Origin: the human T2T-CHM13v2.0 reference genome, Homo sapiens
Length of the DNA stretch: 64,000 nt
Assembly: GCF_009914755.1 (NCBI RefSeq)
Contig: NC_060937.1
Reading direction: 5' to 3' (one strand)
The notes under the pieces are model-generated. The model worked only from the letters and a program-made list of their open reading frames with translations. It was not told the origin of the DNA and searched no databases. Below, one piece after another: positions 13,222 to 25,850 of the stretch (within the stretch, counting starts at the first letter, position 1; the number at the start of each line of letters is the position of its first letter). Both the position numbers and the translations under genes were made by a program.

Positions 13222-13569
13222 AAGCTATGTATTATTTAATTTAGTTACACAATAACTCCACAAGGTTGGCCTTAATATAACCATTATATATGGAAAAAGA
13301 GGATCTTTCATTTAAGCAACTCTCCTAAGTGCATAAAATTAGTAAGTTGTCGGGTTAGAATTCAAGTCCAAGTGAGTCAAAATTTGAAGCCTGTGCTTTT
13401 AACCACCATTCCACCTCACCATAATGTAATTGACATGTCCCGTGTGTGACTCTTGCATCACACTTATAATGCACTGTCTTTTCTTATTCTCTGCCCATCT
13501 TTCTCTCTAACTATAATCTTCTTGATTGCTGACACTATATAATCAATGCCAAGCATGGAGCATGGCATT

Positions 13570-14070
13570 GATTATATACTTGCTAAAAAAAGATCACAAA
13601 TTTGGTGATTTTTAAAAGCATGTATTTATTATCTCCTGGTTTCTGTGGCCCAGAAGTCAAGCACAGTTTAACTGAGTTCTCTGTTCAGAGTGTCACAAAA
13701 TTGCTTTCAAGGTGTCATACTAGCTGTGTTTCTCTATTGAATTCGAGGTCTTCTTCTAAGCTTAAGTAGTTGGAAGAATTCAGTTCCTGGCCGGGCACGG
13801 TGGCTCACACCTGTAATCCCAGCACTTTGGGAGGCTGAGGTGGGCAGATCAGGAGGTCAGGAGATGGAGACCATCCTGGCTAACACGGTGAAACCCCGTC
13901 TCTACTAAAAATACAAAAAATCAGCTGAGCGCAGTGGCGTGAGCCTGTAGTCCCACCTACTCGGGAGGCTGAGGCGGGAGAATGGCGTGAACACGGGAGA
14001 CAGAGCTTGCAGTGAGCCGAGATAGCGCCACTGCAGTCCGGTGCCTGGGAGAAAGAGGGAGACTCTGTCT

Positions 14071-14102
<32 letters not shown>

Positions 14103-14435
14103 AAAGAATTCAGTTCCTTGTGGATGTAGGACTCAAGACCCAATTTCTTGCTGTCTGCCAACTGGGTACCACCTCTCAGGTTCTAGAGGTTCCTGCACTT
14201 ATTGTCCATGTGGCCTGTTCATAGCTCTTACAATGTGGCAGCTGGATTCTGTAAAGCCAGCCAGAGAAGCCATTGCCCTAGTCTACTGAGATGAAGTCTT
14301 ACATAAAGAACATAATTATGGGACTGACTGCCATATTCTATTTGCTAGAAGCAAGTTGCAGGTTTTTCTCACATTTAAGGGGAGGGGATTATACCATGAT
14401 TCACTGGGGGTTATTTTAGAGTTCTGGCTCTCATA
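13570..14435 (-). mobile_element. MLT1 LTR interrupted by AluY
   Basis: tttattatctcctggtttctgtggcccagaagtc ... ggggagggattatacc ... ttttagagttctggct. Confidence 0.75.
13789..14102 (+). mobile_element. AluY-family element
   Basis: gagaccatcctggctaacacggtgaaacccc diagnostics, ~29-nt pure A tail, perfect TSD aagaattcagttcct. Confidence 0.95.
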
Positions 14436-14619
14436 ATTCCTTTCTCTCCTTTAAGTCTGTTCATTTCTCTCTGCTGATATTAGTGACAGAAAAATTTTCC
14501 CATATTTTTACCACTCAAACTGGTTCTTCCTTGCACAGTTTTTTTCTTAGATCTTAACTGCTATTTGAATAATGTCCAGATTGCATTGATACATTAAAAC
14601 TCTCCACATCCCCTAACAA

Positions 14620-15520
14620 TATGACATCACCACTGTTAATATTACGATGTAAATTCATAATGCCATCATATATATGGTATATTGAAAATTACAACTGTGT
14701 AATTTTAAACAAAAGCAGGTTCACTGCAATCCTATTTTACAACTTACTTCTTAATTTAATAATATATAATGAACATTCTAACACCATTAAGTTTTCTTTT
14801 ATAGCATAATTTGTAATTTCTGTGCAGTAGTGTATCATACAGATAACATGTAATTTACTTAATTGGCTTACTATTATTGGACATTTATATTATTTCCAAC
14901 ATTTTGCTATGGTGAAAGCTCTTTAGTAAACTCTCCCGTAGTTATTTCTGCCTGTCATCATAATTATTTTTGGTAAGATAAATTCTTAAAAGTAAATTTT
15001 TGTATGTCAAAGAAGATTTTAAAGTTTTTTTAAGATTTTTAAGTTTACATTTTTGTGCATTTTTAAGTTATTTGATTTACCAAATTGCACTCCAGAAATT
15101 TACAGTTTAGACAGCAGCACCTAAGGAAACCCAACATGGAGAATTATGTGTGTGTGTGCATATGTGTTTTCTATTACTTTTCTAGCATATTTCTATTTTT
15201 CAAGTTATAACTTTTACATGTTTTTTTAAACAGGGAATTTCAGAAGTCCCTAACGCGTAATTAATTTACTTTTCGCTTTTCTAATTTCATCCATCTGAGG
15301 TAGCCAGTATTAACAGTTTGCTGGAAATCCCCCTAAACCATCCTTATTAGATGTGAGTGTCTATATATTTCAATTTAATAGTTGAAAAATGGCATCTCAC
15401 TGTTGCTTTAATTTGGTTTTCTGGACTTACTAGTGAGGCTAAACATGTCTTTATTGGTGTTGGTACATTTGCAAGTTTTGTTTCTTAGTTTTTGGTTCAT
15501 TTCTTTTCAATTGTTATTAA
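14620..15520 (-). mobile_element. Degraded L1M 3' fragments
   Basis: ctattattggacatttatattatttccaac and tggcatctcactgttgctttaatttg are antisense L1 3' motifs. Confidence 0.6.
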
Positions 15521-17299
15521 CCATTATGGGGTCAACCATTCATAGCCCGTAGATGCTCCAGTTTCAGTATTGTTCATAATTGTTACATTTTAGGTTGTTT
15601 CCTTTGCTTCACAAAATCTCATTTTTGCACATTATTTCACAGCACAAATAACTTGAGTGTGAGGCATAAACACTTTTAATGTAGACCGAAGAACATTTCA
15701 AAAGTATCTTTGAATTACAAAATATTTCAGTTCCCAAGTGACAGCTCATTTATTTCAAATAAAACTCATTATCACATAATTCCAATTTTGAAAGTATTTA
15801 AGATATACCCAGTTATTATATAATAAGATTTCAACTATATTACAAAAATGTATTAAAAATGTGTTCAAAAGACAATGTTACTTTTGTACTTCTACATTAT
15901 GTTTTCTCTTGGATATTTCATGCCTCTGTTATATTCTTGGCTTTAGTATTAAGCCTAAAAGAGTTGTTCATATACTTCCTAAAATTGCCCAGATACAACA
16001 CTAGGAGTAAAATGTGTATCATAAGAAGCTGACATATTTCCTATTAGCATAGTGACAAAGCTAATGTACAAAGGCATGCTGAATTTTCAGAGGGTAGATT
16101 TTCCTTTTAGTTCTTTGATTTATAAAACTCCAAAGTGCTTCTGTGAAGAGCATCAGATTTAGTGAAAGAGATGAAAGGTAATAGGCAGAGCTTAGTAGAG
16201 TTAGCTTTCAAAGCGGTTTTTGTTTTCCCTGGAAATGGGTTATGGAATCTAATTTTCAATTTTATAAATCTGTGTGGAAGACAAGGAAACAAGGAGTTGT
16301 CTGTTCTTTATTGATCATACTATATCTTCCTTTAGCTGAATCAATCTGCACCAGGGTTTTCTTTCATTCTCTAGTTTTGTGTATTGCATGCTGGATTACT
16401 TCAGCATACCTTTTTAAATTTTTTTACAACTTAAAAAGAATACTAGGACTGCTGTTTACTGCTAAGAGAGATTGATTTCAAGTGTGAAAATGATGGGAGA
16501 GCTTATTATCAGTGACTAAGAGATATTCAAATTCAGCACAGAAAGAAATGGGATCACAGACCTCAGCGATGAAAACATCCAAGAAGAAAGCTGGGAGAAC
16601 AAATTGTATTCAGTTTTGGAAATTAAGAAATCTTTTGAGCACAGTAAAAGAAGAAAATACTACCAAAGCCCATGAATGGGAGAAAGCAACTGAAATTTCA
16701 AAGAGATTTGGTAAATGTAGCGTGTAGGTAGAAATATACTATGGATTATTTTCAGGACTTGTCTGTATTCCCGTAACATTTTATACTGAAAATAAAAGAC
16801 TTCTTAAAATGCCTATAGGGAAAAGAGAAAGAAAATGTTGATGATGACATTGTTGCCCTGCAACTTTCAGTTGTGGGATACAGTGTCTTCTTAGTAGTCA
16901 CCTCTTTGCTGGTACTGCACTGCTTCACTCTTAGCAAGAACATCCTCTCCTCTCACAACTACAGCATTCCTTAGAAGTCACATTAGAAAATGATTTCAGT
17001 GTAAGTACAGCTGAGAAATGTGCTTAGAATTTCTTTAAAACCTAATGGAAATTGGGCCAACTCTAAGAAAGCCATCACCCTAGAGAAAGAAGGAGGTAAA
17101 GTAAGCATAGTTACAAAAACAGACTAAAACCGAACAGAGCCCAACACTCCTCTGTGTATCAGGCAGAGGCGAGATCTCCTTTCCCTCTGCATATGGGTAC
17201 CTTACCCTTGTGCTGTAGACCCCCCACTTCTCTACCAGCAAGGGGTGACTAATCTTATAAGCAATGTTCATTTGAACATGTAACATGTTATAGGTATGA

Positions 17300-18215
17300 A
17301 AAATAAGTCTCATCTCCTCATGGACATACTTTGGACTAATATTGAAATGTTTTAAACATGTACTGCTTTATGTTGTTTGTTTCCTGTCTAAGAAATCTTA
17401 GCCTACCAAAGTGGTGAAGATTTTCTCCTATTTACTTGTAGAATTTCATGGCTTTAGATTTTATGATGAGGCCTATAATCTGTACTTAATTAACTGTTTT
17501 ATGTATGGTATAAAATTAAAACATGATTTTCCCCCAAATGAATATTTACTTGTTCCACTATCATGTGTTGGAAGTCTATTCCTCCCTCCTCCATGGAGTT
17601 ACCTTGAAATCATTGTTAAAAATCTATTGACCATGGGCAAGCTCCAGTGCTCATTATTAGAACCACAAGTATTTTCCAATGCTTCCAATTGATTCAGCTT
17701 TACAGTGGTATCATTTATTTTGAAATAATATTTTTCAGGTTTGAAACTATAAAATGTTGGCAAAAACACAACCTATGTACTTAAACAATCTGTTATCATA
17801 AATATGTGGGTCTATTTCTGGAACTAATTTTGTTTTATTGCTATATATTCAATCTTATTTCATCACTACTAAAAATGTCTGCTGTTTGAATGGCAAAGAC
17901 AACATTAAGAAAATGAAAAGGCAAGCCACCAACAGAAAGAAAATATTCACAATATGCACATGTAACAAAGGACAGGTATCCCAAATGCATAAAGAGTTCT
18001 GATAACTCAATCATAAGAAGAAAATAACGCAACAAAAATGGGTAACGGATGTTAGTAGAAATGTCACAAGATATGCAAATGATTGATAAGCAGATAAAAA
18101 GATGCCCAACATCATTAGTCATTAGAAAAATGCAAATGAGCACCAGAAAGAGATTCCACTGCGCATCCAGGAGAATGATGAAAGTGAAAAAGCCAAGTGT
18201 TGGTGAGGATGTATT
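17300..18215. mobile_element. L1M fragments (antisense ~17300-17880, sense ~17890-18215)
   Basis: aaaatgaaaaggcaagccacc ... aaagatgcccaacatcattagtcattagaaaaatgcaaat match the L1 ORF2 C-terminal region. Confidence 0.75.
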
Positions 18216-18445
18216 TAGAGTTTTGAATATTGACCTTTATTAAATTTATCCTCAATTAACACTCAAAGTGTTCTGGACACTTTGGACACCAAAAGTCTTT
18301 TCTTAATTAAACAATTTGTTGCAGTAAATACAAAGAGAGGATGTAAGAAATTTTACATAATACATTATGATACTGCTATCTGTTAAATATAAGTTTATGA
18401 CATTTGAGCTTGGTAACTATGTTGCCCAGTGTTTACTTGAAAAAA

Positions 18446-18794
18446 TATGGATATCCACGACTTAGGATGGTTCAACTTACAATTTGTCAATCGTGCAACA
18501 GTGATACACATTCAATAGAAACTGTACTTTGAGTATCCACACGGCCATTCTGTTTTCTACATTTAGTACAGCATTCAATATATGACAAAAGATAGTCAAT
18601 ACTTTATTCTAAAACAGGCTTTGTGTCAGACGATTTTTCCCAAATGTAGGCTAATGTAAGTGTTTGGGCCATGTTTAAGGTAGGCTAGGTTAAACTATGA
18701 TGTTTGGTAGGTTAGGTGTATTAAATGCAGTTTTGACATGGTATTTTCATGGGCTTATTGGGACCAATTCCCATCATAAGTCAAGAAGCATCTG
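18446..18794 (-). mobile_element. TcMar-Tigger MITE (MER47-like)
   Basis: Ends cgacttaggatggttcaacttac.. and ..ccatcataagtcaagaagcatctg; internal ttaaggtaggctaggttaaactatgatg. Confidence 0.75.
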
Positions 18795-18949
18795 TGCTTA
18801 ATTATACTAACAGTCTGTATAACATATGAAATTGGTGATTAAACCAGTGTTATGATGATGACTCAGTGAATTTGAATACAATATCTTTATCAGGATTTTA
18901 ATCTTTTATATGGGGAAATTAGATGCTTTTTTTAGTGTTATTTAATTTC

Positions 18950-20910
18950 AGCAAAGGATGCTATGACAAATTGATATTCACATGCAAAAGAATGATATTG
19001 GGTCCTTACCTCACACCACATACAAAAATTAACTCAAAAAGGATCAGAGACGTAAATGTAGAAGGTAATACCTTTAAAGAAAACTTAGGGATAAATCTTT
19101 ATGACCTTAAATTTGTCAATGGTTTCTTCCATATGACACTAAAAGCATGAATAATAAAACATAGATAAATTGGTGTATTAGGGTTCTCTCGAGAAAAAGA
19201 AAAAATAGGAGACATAGAAGTATATGCAGAAAGAGAGCCACTATGAAGGACTAACTCATGCGGTTATGGAGGCTGAAAAGTCCCATGCTCTGCCATCTAT
19301 AAACTGGAAGCCTGGGAAAGCTGGTGGTCCAGTTCCAGTACACGTCCAAATACCTGAGAACCAGGAAGTCAATAGTGTAAATCCCAGTCCTAGTCCAGAG
19401 TCCTGAGAACCAACTGCACTGATATTCAAGGGCAGGAGAAGCAAGGAGAGCAAATTTTCCTTTCCTTTGTCTTCTTGTTCTATTCTGGCCCTCAGTAGAT
19501 TGGATGATTCCCACCTACATTGGTGAGGGCAAACTTATTTACTCAAAAGATAATCTTTTATGAAAACATCCTCAGAGACACACCCAGAAATAATGCCAGT
19601 TATCTGGGCATCCCTTAACCCACTCAAGCTGACACATAAAAATAATCATCATAATTGGCCTTTATCAAAATTAAAAATGTTTCTGCTTCAAAGGGCACTA
19701 TCAAGAAAGTTAAAAGACAACCCACAGAATGAGATAAAGTATTTGAAATTTATATATCCAATAAGGAACTTGTGTCTAGAATATATAAGGACTTCTACAA
19801 CTCAGTCATAAAAAGACCACCAAATTTAAAAATAGGCAAGAGATTCAAATAGGGATTTCTCAAAAGACATAGAAATGACCAATGAGGCCATTAAAAAGGC
19901 TCAACATCATTTGTCATCAGGAAAACACACATCAAAACCACAATGAGTTACCACTTCATACCCATTAGGATGGCTATAATCAAAAAGAGATGTAATAAGT
20001 AATATTGGCAAGGATATAGAGAAATCAGAACCCTCATAAACTACTGGTGGGGATTAAAAAAAATGATGCAGTGATTTTGGAAAACATTCTGGCACTTCCT
20101 CAGAAAGTTAAACATAAAATTGTAATTTGATCCAGCAATTCCATTCCTAGCTATATACCTAAGAGTAATAAAGACATATATCCACACAAACACTTGTACA
20201 CGAGTGCTCATAGCGTCATCATTCATAATAGCCAAGAGGTAGAAACAACTCAAATGTTCATGAACTGACAAATAGATAAACAAAATGTAAATGTGGTATA
20301 TGCATAGAATAGAATATTATTCAGTCATTAAAAGAAAGGAGACTTTGTCACATGCTACAACATGTTTGAGTCTTGACAACATCATGCTGAGTGAAAGAAG
20401 CCAGGTATAGAGGACCACATATTATATGACTACATTTATATGTAATGTTCAGAAAAGGCAAATCCATAGAGACATAAAGTAGATTAGTGGTTGTGTAGTG
20501 GTAGATTAATGCTAGGGGAGGGAGCAGAGATGGATGTATTGGAGAGCAATTCGCGGGACATGATTTTTTTGGTGGGGGTGGTGGTGATGAAAATGTTCAA
20601 ATTGGTTGTGTTGATGGCTGCACAGTTTACTCAACACATGTACATGAGTAGATTTAGAATACATGTGTAAAATTCAATAAAATTCACAGTACAGTTGTTC
20701 TGTGAATATATCAAAAAGTAATGAATTTTACAAATGACCTCTAAATGAGTACATTTTTATGACAGCTTGATTGAGATAATTTAGATACTATAAAATGGAC
20801 TCATTTAGGATACATCTTATGGTATCTAAATACCATAAATATATAGTTTAGATACCATAAAATGTATCCTAAATGAGTATCTATCTCAATCAAGCTGTTA
20901 TAAAAATAAT
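18950..20910 (+). mobile_element. L1MB/MC-type 3' end, interrupted by an MLT2 LTR
   Basis: ccttacctcacaccacatacaaaaattaactcaaaa ... ccagcaattccattcctag ... tatctcaatcaagctgttataaaaat. Confidence 0.9.
19174..19652 (-). mobile_element. MLT2 (ERV-L) solo LTR
   Basis: tgtattagggttctctc ... aagctgacacataaaaataatcatcata; 5-bp TSD attgg. Confidence 0.85.
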
Positions 20911-23399
20911 TTTATTTGTCTTATTTTGATTTATAATACTTCCTGGCAAGATAAGTCAATATAAGTACACATTTGGTCAATAGCATTTTAAAAATGCTAT
21001 AGCTTTGAGATGCTTACATATATTTTTTAAATTATTGGACATTGATTATGATGTAGATCTTTTCAAAAGATGGATGTATAAAAAGGTTTGCAATTTTTAG
21101 GTTATGGTGGATGAGAGTTTTAGTTGAATGCACTCATTTTTAAGTTGTGATAAAGTGTCTTATTATCACTGGTACTCAAATATTTAGACTCTTACATAAT
21201 TAAGGTAAAAATTTGTACCTTAGAAATTGCTTATTTTCAGGAAAAATTGTTACATGGGAACACATACACACACACACATATGTTAGATGGGATTGTTCAA
21301 TGGAAAAGATCTAGAACGGAGAAACCACACATGGGCGAGAAAGAGATTCTGGAGGAGAACAGCTCACAAGTTTCATGTGAGTACCCATGAACATGAACAA
21401 ATGAGAGTTTCCTGCCATCCTGAGTGATTCCTATAAGTCTGACACACCTATGGCGTGATCATGGACTATTTCATGTCTTAAGTTACAAATGGATCTACAA
21501 TAAACCTTAAAAGACCAATATTACGTATCAATGTTGGTCACATAAGACCCACAATGTAAGGATGTTTAAAGGCAACCTAAACCTGAAAGTAGTCTGCTCT
21601 TGACGCACAAAACCCAACACTCCCTTGAGAAAAACAAAGCCTAAACCCCATACCAAGAATGACAATGAGGTGCCAATATGGTACTGAACTCCAGAATTGG
21701 CTGAGGGTGAAGAGAGTGATACAAACAGCTCCTTGAAAGATTGGAAGCAGCCTGCTGACCTGGTCTCTTGTGTAATTTCACCAATGCAGCTTCAGAAAAT
21801 CATTAGGAATGAAAGCCCCAGTTGTAGCATATGGTCAGTTGCCCTGACTGGGCACCTCTGGAGGTGATACAGGATGGGTGACAGCAGAACACCTCACCAG
21901 CTTCTAGATAGTGTGCGCAAATGGGGCTACCTCAATCAGGAGAGAATAAAGAGTTTAAGGTAGCTCTGAGGCTCAATTTTAAACCATGTGGCACAGTTAT
22001 GAACTGCTGAGAAACAGCAGCAGCAAACAGATTAGGCATCTGTGAAGATGAAGGAGCTCCCTTTGAACAAAGGCTTCAGGCTGAGTTGAGTCTAAGTGGC
22101 CAACTCTCAGACACCTGTGGGTTTGGAAAACAGTGTTTGCAGCTATAAATCAAAGTTCTGGTTTTATGTGGACAAAGTGTGGGGATAAACCCTTTGTACT
22201 GGTCTTTTAAATTGTGCATGCACACATCGCTAGTATTGCCTCTTAACTAACAGACAACAGTAAATTCTGAGACTCTTTAAGCATTATTTTGATGCCTTCA
22301 ATATTGCCCATAGGGTGTTACATTAATGAGTTGTTCAGATGTATGAAAAAATAAAAATATTAAGAGAATTTGGGAGAGGACCAACATAACATCTCTCCAC
22401 CAGAAATTTGTATTAAATACTCTTTTGTAACTAGAGAGATTGTCTAATGAAAAAACAAATCGAGATATTGGACACTTCTCTTTGAAATGAGACCTCTTTG
22501 AAAATTGCTCTAAAAATGACAAAAACAATTATTTGACCATTATAGACCAGAAAGAAATAATACAGTTTTCAGACTCAGGTTAGCATTTTGTAAACAGAGT
22601 AAAACACATTTACATTCAAATTAAGTTCAAACATTTTTTTGTTTTCATTTCTACAAAGATTTACATTATATGAACTCTTTTATTGAAAAATTACTTGAGC
22701 TAACCAAAAAGTCAAGGTCAATGGAAAGAATAAGATGGGTTATCTGTGTAGGTTATAAAGTCCTATACAAAAATAATTCTGCAATCACTTTTCAGCCTTC
22801 CTTTCCCACTTAGTAGCTGGCTTCTTTTTTGAGGCAAGCACTTATCCAAGAATGATTGAATCAGTTAGAGGACAAGTCCTTAAAAAGATCCACCTTGCCC
22901 GATGATTTTAGAGGAGTCTGTCCTATTTTCCTTGCTGTCTTGTTTACTTGACCTTCTCAGTTACTAAATAAGAGTGGATTTAATGAAGAGAAGGCTTTTA
23001 TTTATCATTCAAGTGCCAAGTTCCTTGTCAAGGGACAGATCTTTCTCTTAGGGAGGAATACTCAGGCAACTATCCTGAGAATTTGAAACTCAACTCTGTG
23101 ATAGTCAAGATTTCCCAAGAGAAGTTATTCTTCCATATTATGGTGTTACTTTTTCTATGATGAATTTTACAAAGGCAAAGTGTATAAAAGAATCAGAGCA
23201 CTTAATTATCCTTCAGGGAAAAAAAAAGCAGCCTTTTCCCTTTGTTAATTATCTCAGTTTTCAAATTAATTTCAACAATGAGCACTTGGTCTCATGAAGA
23301 AATTTTAAATAAAACTGGAAGAAAAATTTAACTAGAAACGTAAAAATGCTCACTACTAGGGTTAGTTATTGTAAAAGATAATTATTTGGGTGATAGCTT

Positions 23400-23824
23400 A
23401 TACAGCAATTTGAAAGTTATGTTTTATTTCTGTTCAATGAATACATGTACATGATTTTAAAGACAAATGCACTATAGAATGTAATATAAAGAAATACCAG
23501 TACCCCAGTCTTGTATATGGTTAGAAAGGATTTAGCTTTTAAAAATATACTCTCTTCCCCTCCCCCAGGTAATTGCATTCTCTTATCTCCCCGATACAGC
23601 TATGTCAAAAATTCTACAAAATTATTATTCACTCCTCAACCACATGACGTCCATGATTATATTTCCTTTTTTAGGTAAAGCTTCTTGAATTGTCTTCAGT
23701 TGATAATTGCCTCCGTTTAATTTTTGCTTTGGTTCTTAATGCCCTAGGGGTAGTTTGTCATTGCCAGAAATGTAACTCTCCCCTCAGTAGATTCAATGTT
23801 ACAGGTAATACAGCCTTCACTTGT

Positions 23825-23863
<39 letters not shown>

Positions 23864-25850
23864 ATTTTTTCTTAGAGATATAACTCCTGGAGCCTTCTGT
23901 CCATTTGCACCAATTGATAGTGGCTGTTCCTTTGGCTTACTACAAGCTGTCATCACTAGAATACCCTTCTTTCTGCTGTGTTAGACTTCTTGTGTTCTGA
24001 AACCCAGTTTTTTGCTTTCTTGGTTTCCTCCCTTATTTTCATTAAGTGCATCCTCCAGTAACTCCATAAGGTAAGGTGCCTAAAAGATAAACTTTTTGGA
24101 ATATTGTTTGATTGATAGTTTTCCCAGATATAACATTCCATGTTATAAATAATATTTTTTTAACTTTGAGACATTTACTTCCTACATTACCAATCATGGG
24201 TTATTAGGTCATGATTATCAGAAGCTAAGTCTTATATCTGCTTAGGAAGATATAGCACTACTGAGTGACTATGGCATCCTACGGAGAACTTCAATATTCA
24301 GTAATACATTAAAAGCTCTTGGTTTTGCAGCTCCGCAAGCCCTCTTTGAAGTTATCTACATGTTAGAAATAATTTTTTCTCATAATTTTGAAGGTCTCCC
24401 ACCACTATTTTCTAATTTCTACTGTTGTTTTTGGGATACTTCCTAATGTTGTTTTTATTCATGACTCTTTATATGTTACCCATAATTTTTCTTTCTGGGA
24501 GCTTTTTGCTTTTTCTTTTGCCTTAGTGTTGTGAAATTTCATAAAGACATGCTCTTTTAGGAAGATAAGAACTTTTATTTTGTTATTCTGAGCACTCAGT
24601 TTGGAAATTTGTGTTATTCCACTCTGAGGGATCTTCTTGAGATTTTTATGTAATCATTCCCTCCTTTCTGTTTTCACTCTTCTCTCTTTCTGGTGTTTTT
24701 AATTAGTATACTATTGGAAGTCCTGATCCTTTTTTCCTTGTATTTTGCATTCCTTTTTTCTTTGTATTTTGTATCTCTTTGTGAGTTTTTCTTCTCTCTG
24801 AAATATTTATTAAATCGTGGCTTTCAACTCTTCTGTTGAGTTTTGTTGTTTAAATTTTTTCATTCTGTTTTTATCTTCTAAGAATTCTGTATTGTCTGAA
24901 TAATCCTTTTTAAATAGCATCCCTTCCTGCATGCCATTTCTTCTCTTACATCTCTGAGAATATTGAAGTTCTAAAAAGTTTTTTTTCTGCTCTATTTGCT
25001 GTCTTGGAGTTCTCCTTTTTTCTTTGTTTCAAATCAGTTTGTTCTTTTACGTTAGACTTTTCTAGTGATCACATTTAAAACAGACATAAAAACATGTTTA
25101 TGAGTATGCCTTGTTAACTGCTGAGCTTCAATATAGGGTGACTGGTGGTGGCCCAGCTACTTTGTTTCAGGCCTTCATTTGTGTATTTTTGTAGGTCTTT
25201 TCCCATGGGCAGATCAGTTTTCTTAGTTTGTTGCTTTAGAGACATAAAATCCACCTGCTCCTTTCCTGGAAGCTGAGTGATGAAGGTTGCTGAATGTCTC
25301 AAGGTTCCGTATGTCAAAGTTCACATAACTTCCCTGTTTTTAATACAGCCCCTCATATTCGCCCTCAGCTATATGTCTTGTGAGCAACCTAACATCCTTT
25401 CAGGTTGAATTCTCCAGGGTGAACTTCCAGGCTTTAGCTGTATTGGGAAAGGATGATTGCAAGAGTGAAGCTCAATTCTCCCTTGAAAAATTTAACCAGT
25501 CCTTCAACTTATCCTTCTGTTTTCAGACACTGTCCCTCCCCTTTTAGAATAACTTATTTCTGCCATTTCCAGAGCATTTTGGAGGTCTTTCAGGTGAACA
25601 TCAATTTGCTTCTCGTTAGCCTCCTCCACTTTATAATTAGATTGTAGTTTTCTCTAAGATTGGAAGTCAGTTATTGCTCATAATCTATCTTCCAGTGTTT
25701 AGATCTTGTTTTTATCTCTTTTATATTCTGTCTCTGTTCCTATTCTCCTTGTCTTCCTGGGTTTTCTTTCTTATGTCTTTTATTTTAAATGTAATTTAAA
25801 AGGCAGTGGAGACAGACTGCGTGTTCAATCGTCTTGTTAACTAGAAGTCC
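23400..25850 (-). mobile_element. Ancient L1ME/HAL1-like LINE remnant
   Basis: Long T-rich degenerate tract resembling antisense L1 ORF1/5' region; boundaries approximate. Confidence 0.5.
23825..23859. repeat. (TG)n microsatellite
   Basis: Perfect TG run. Confidence 0.95.

Noticed and set aside
21290-22260. Moderately GC-rich segment resembling an old L1 5' region or an exon
   Set aside because: No ORF or diagnostic motif I could assign.
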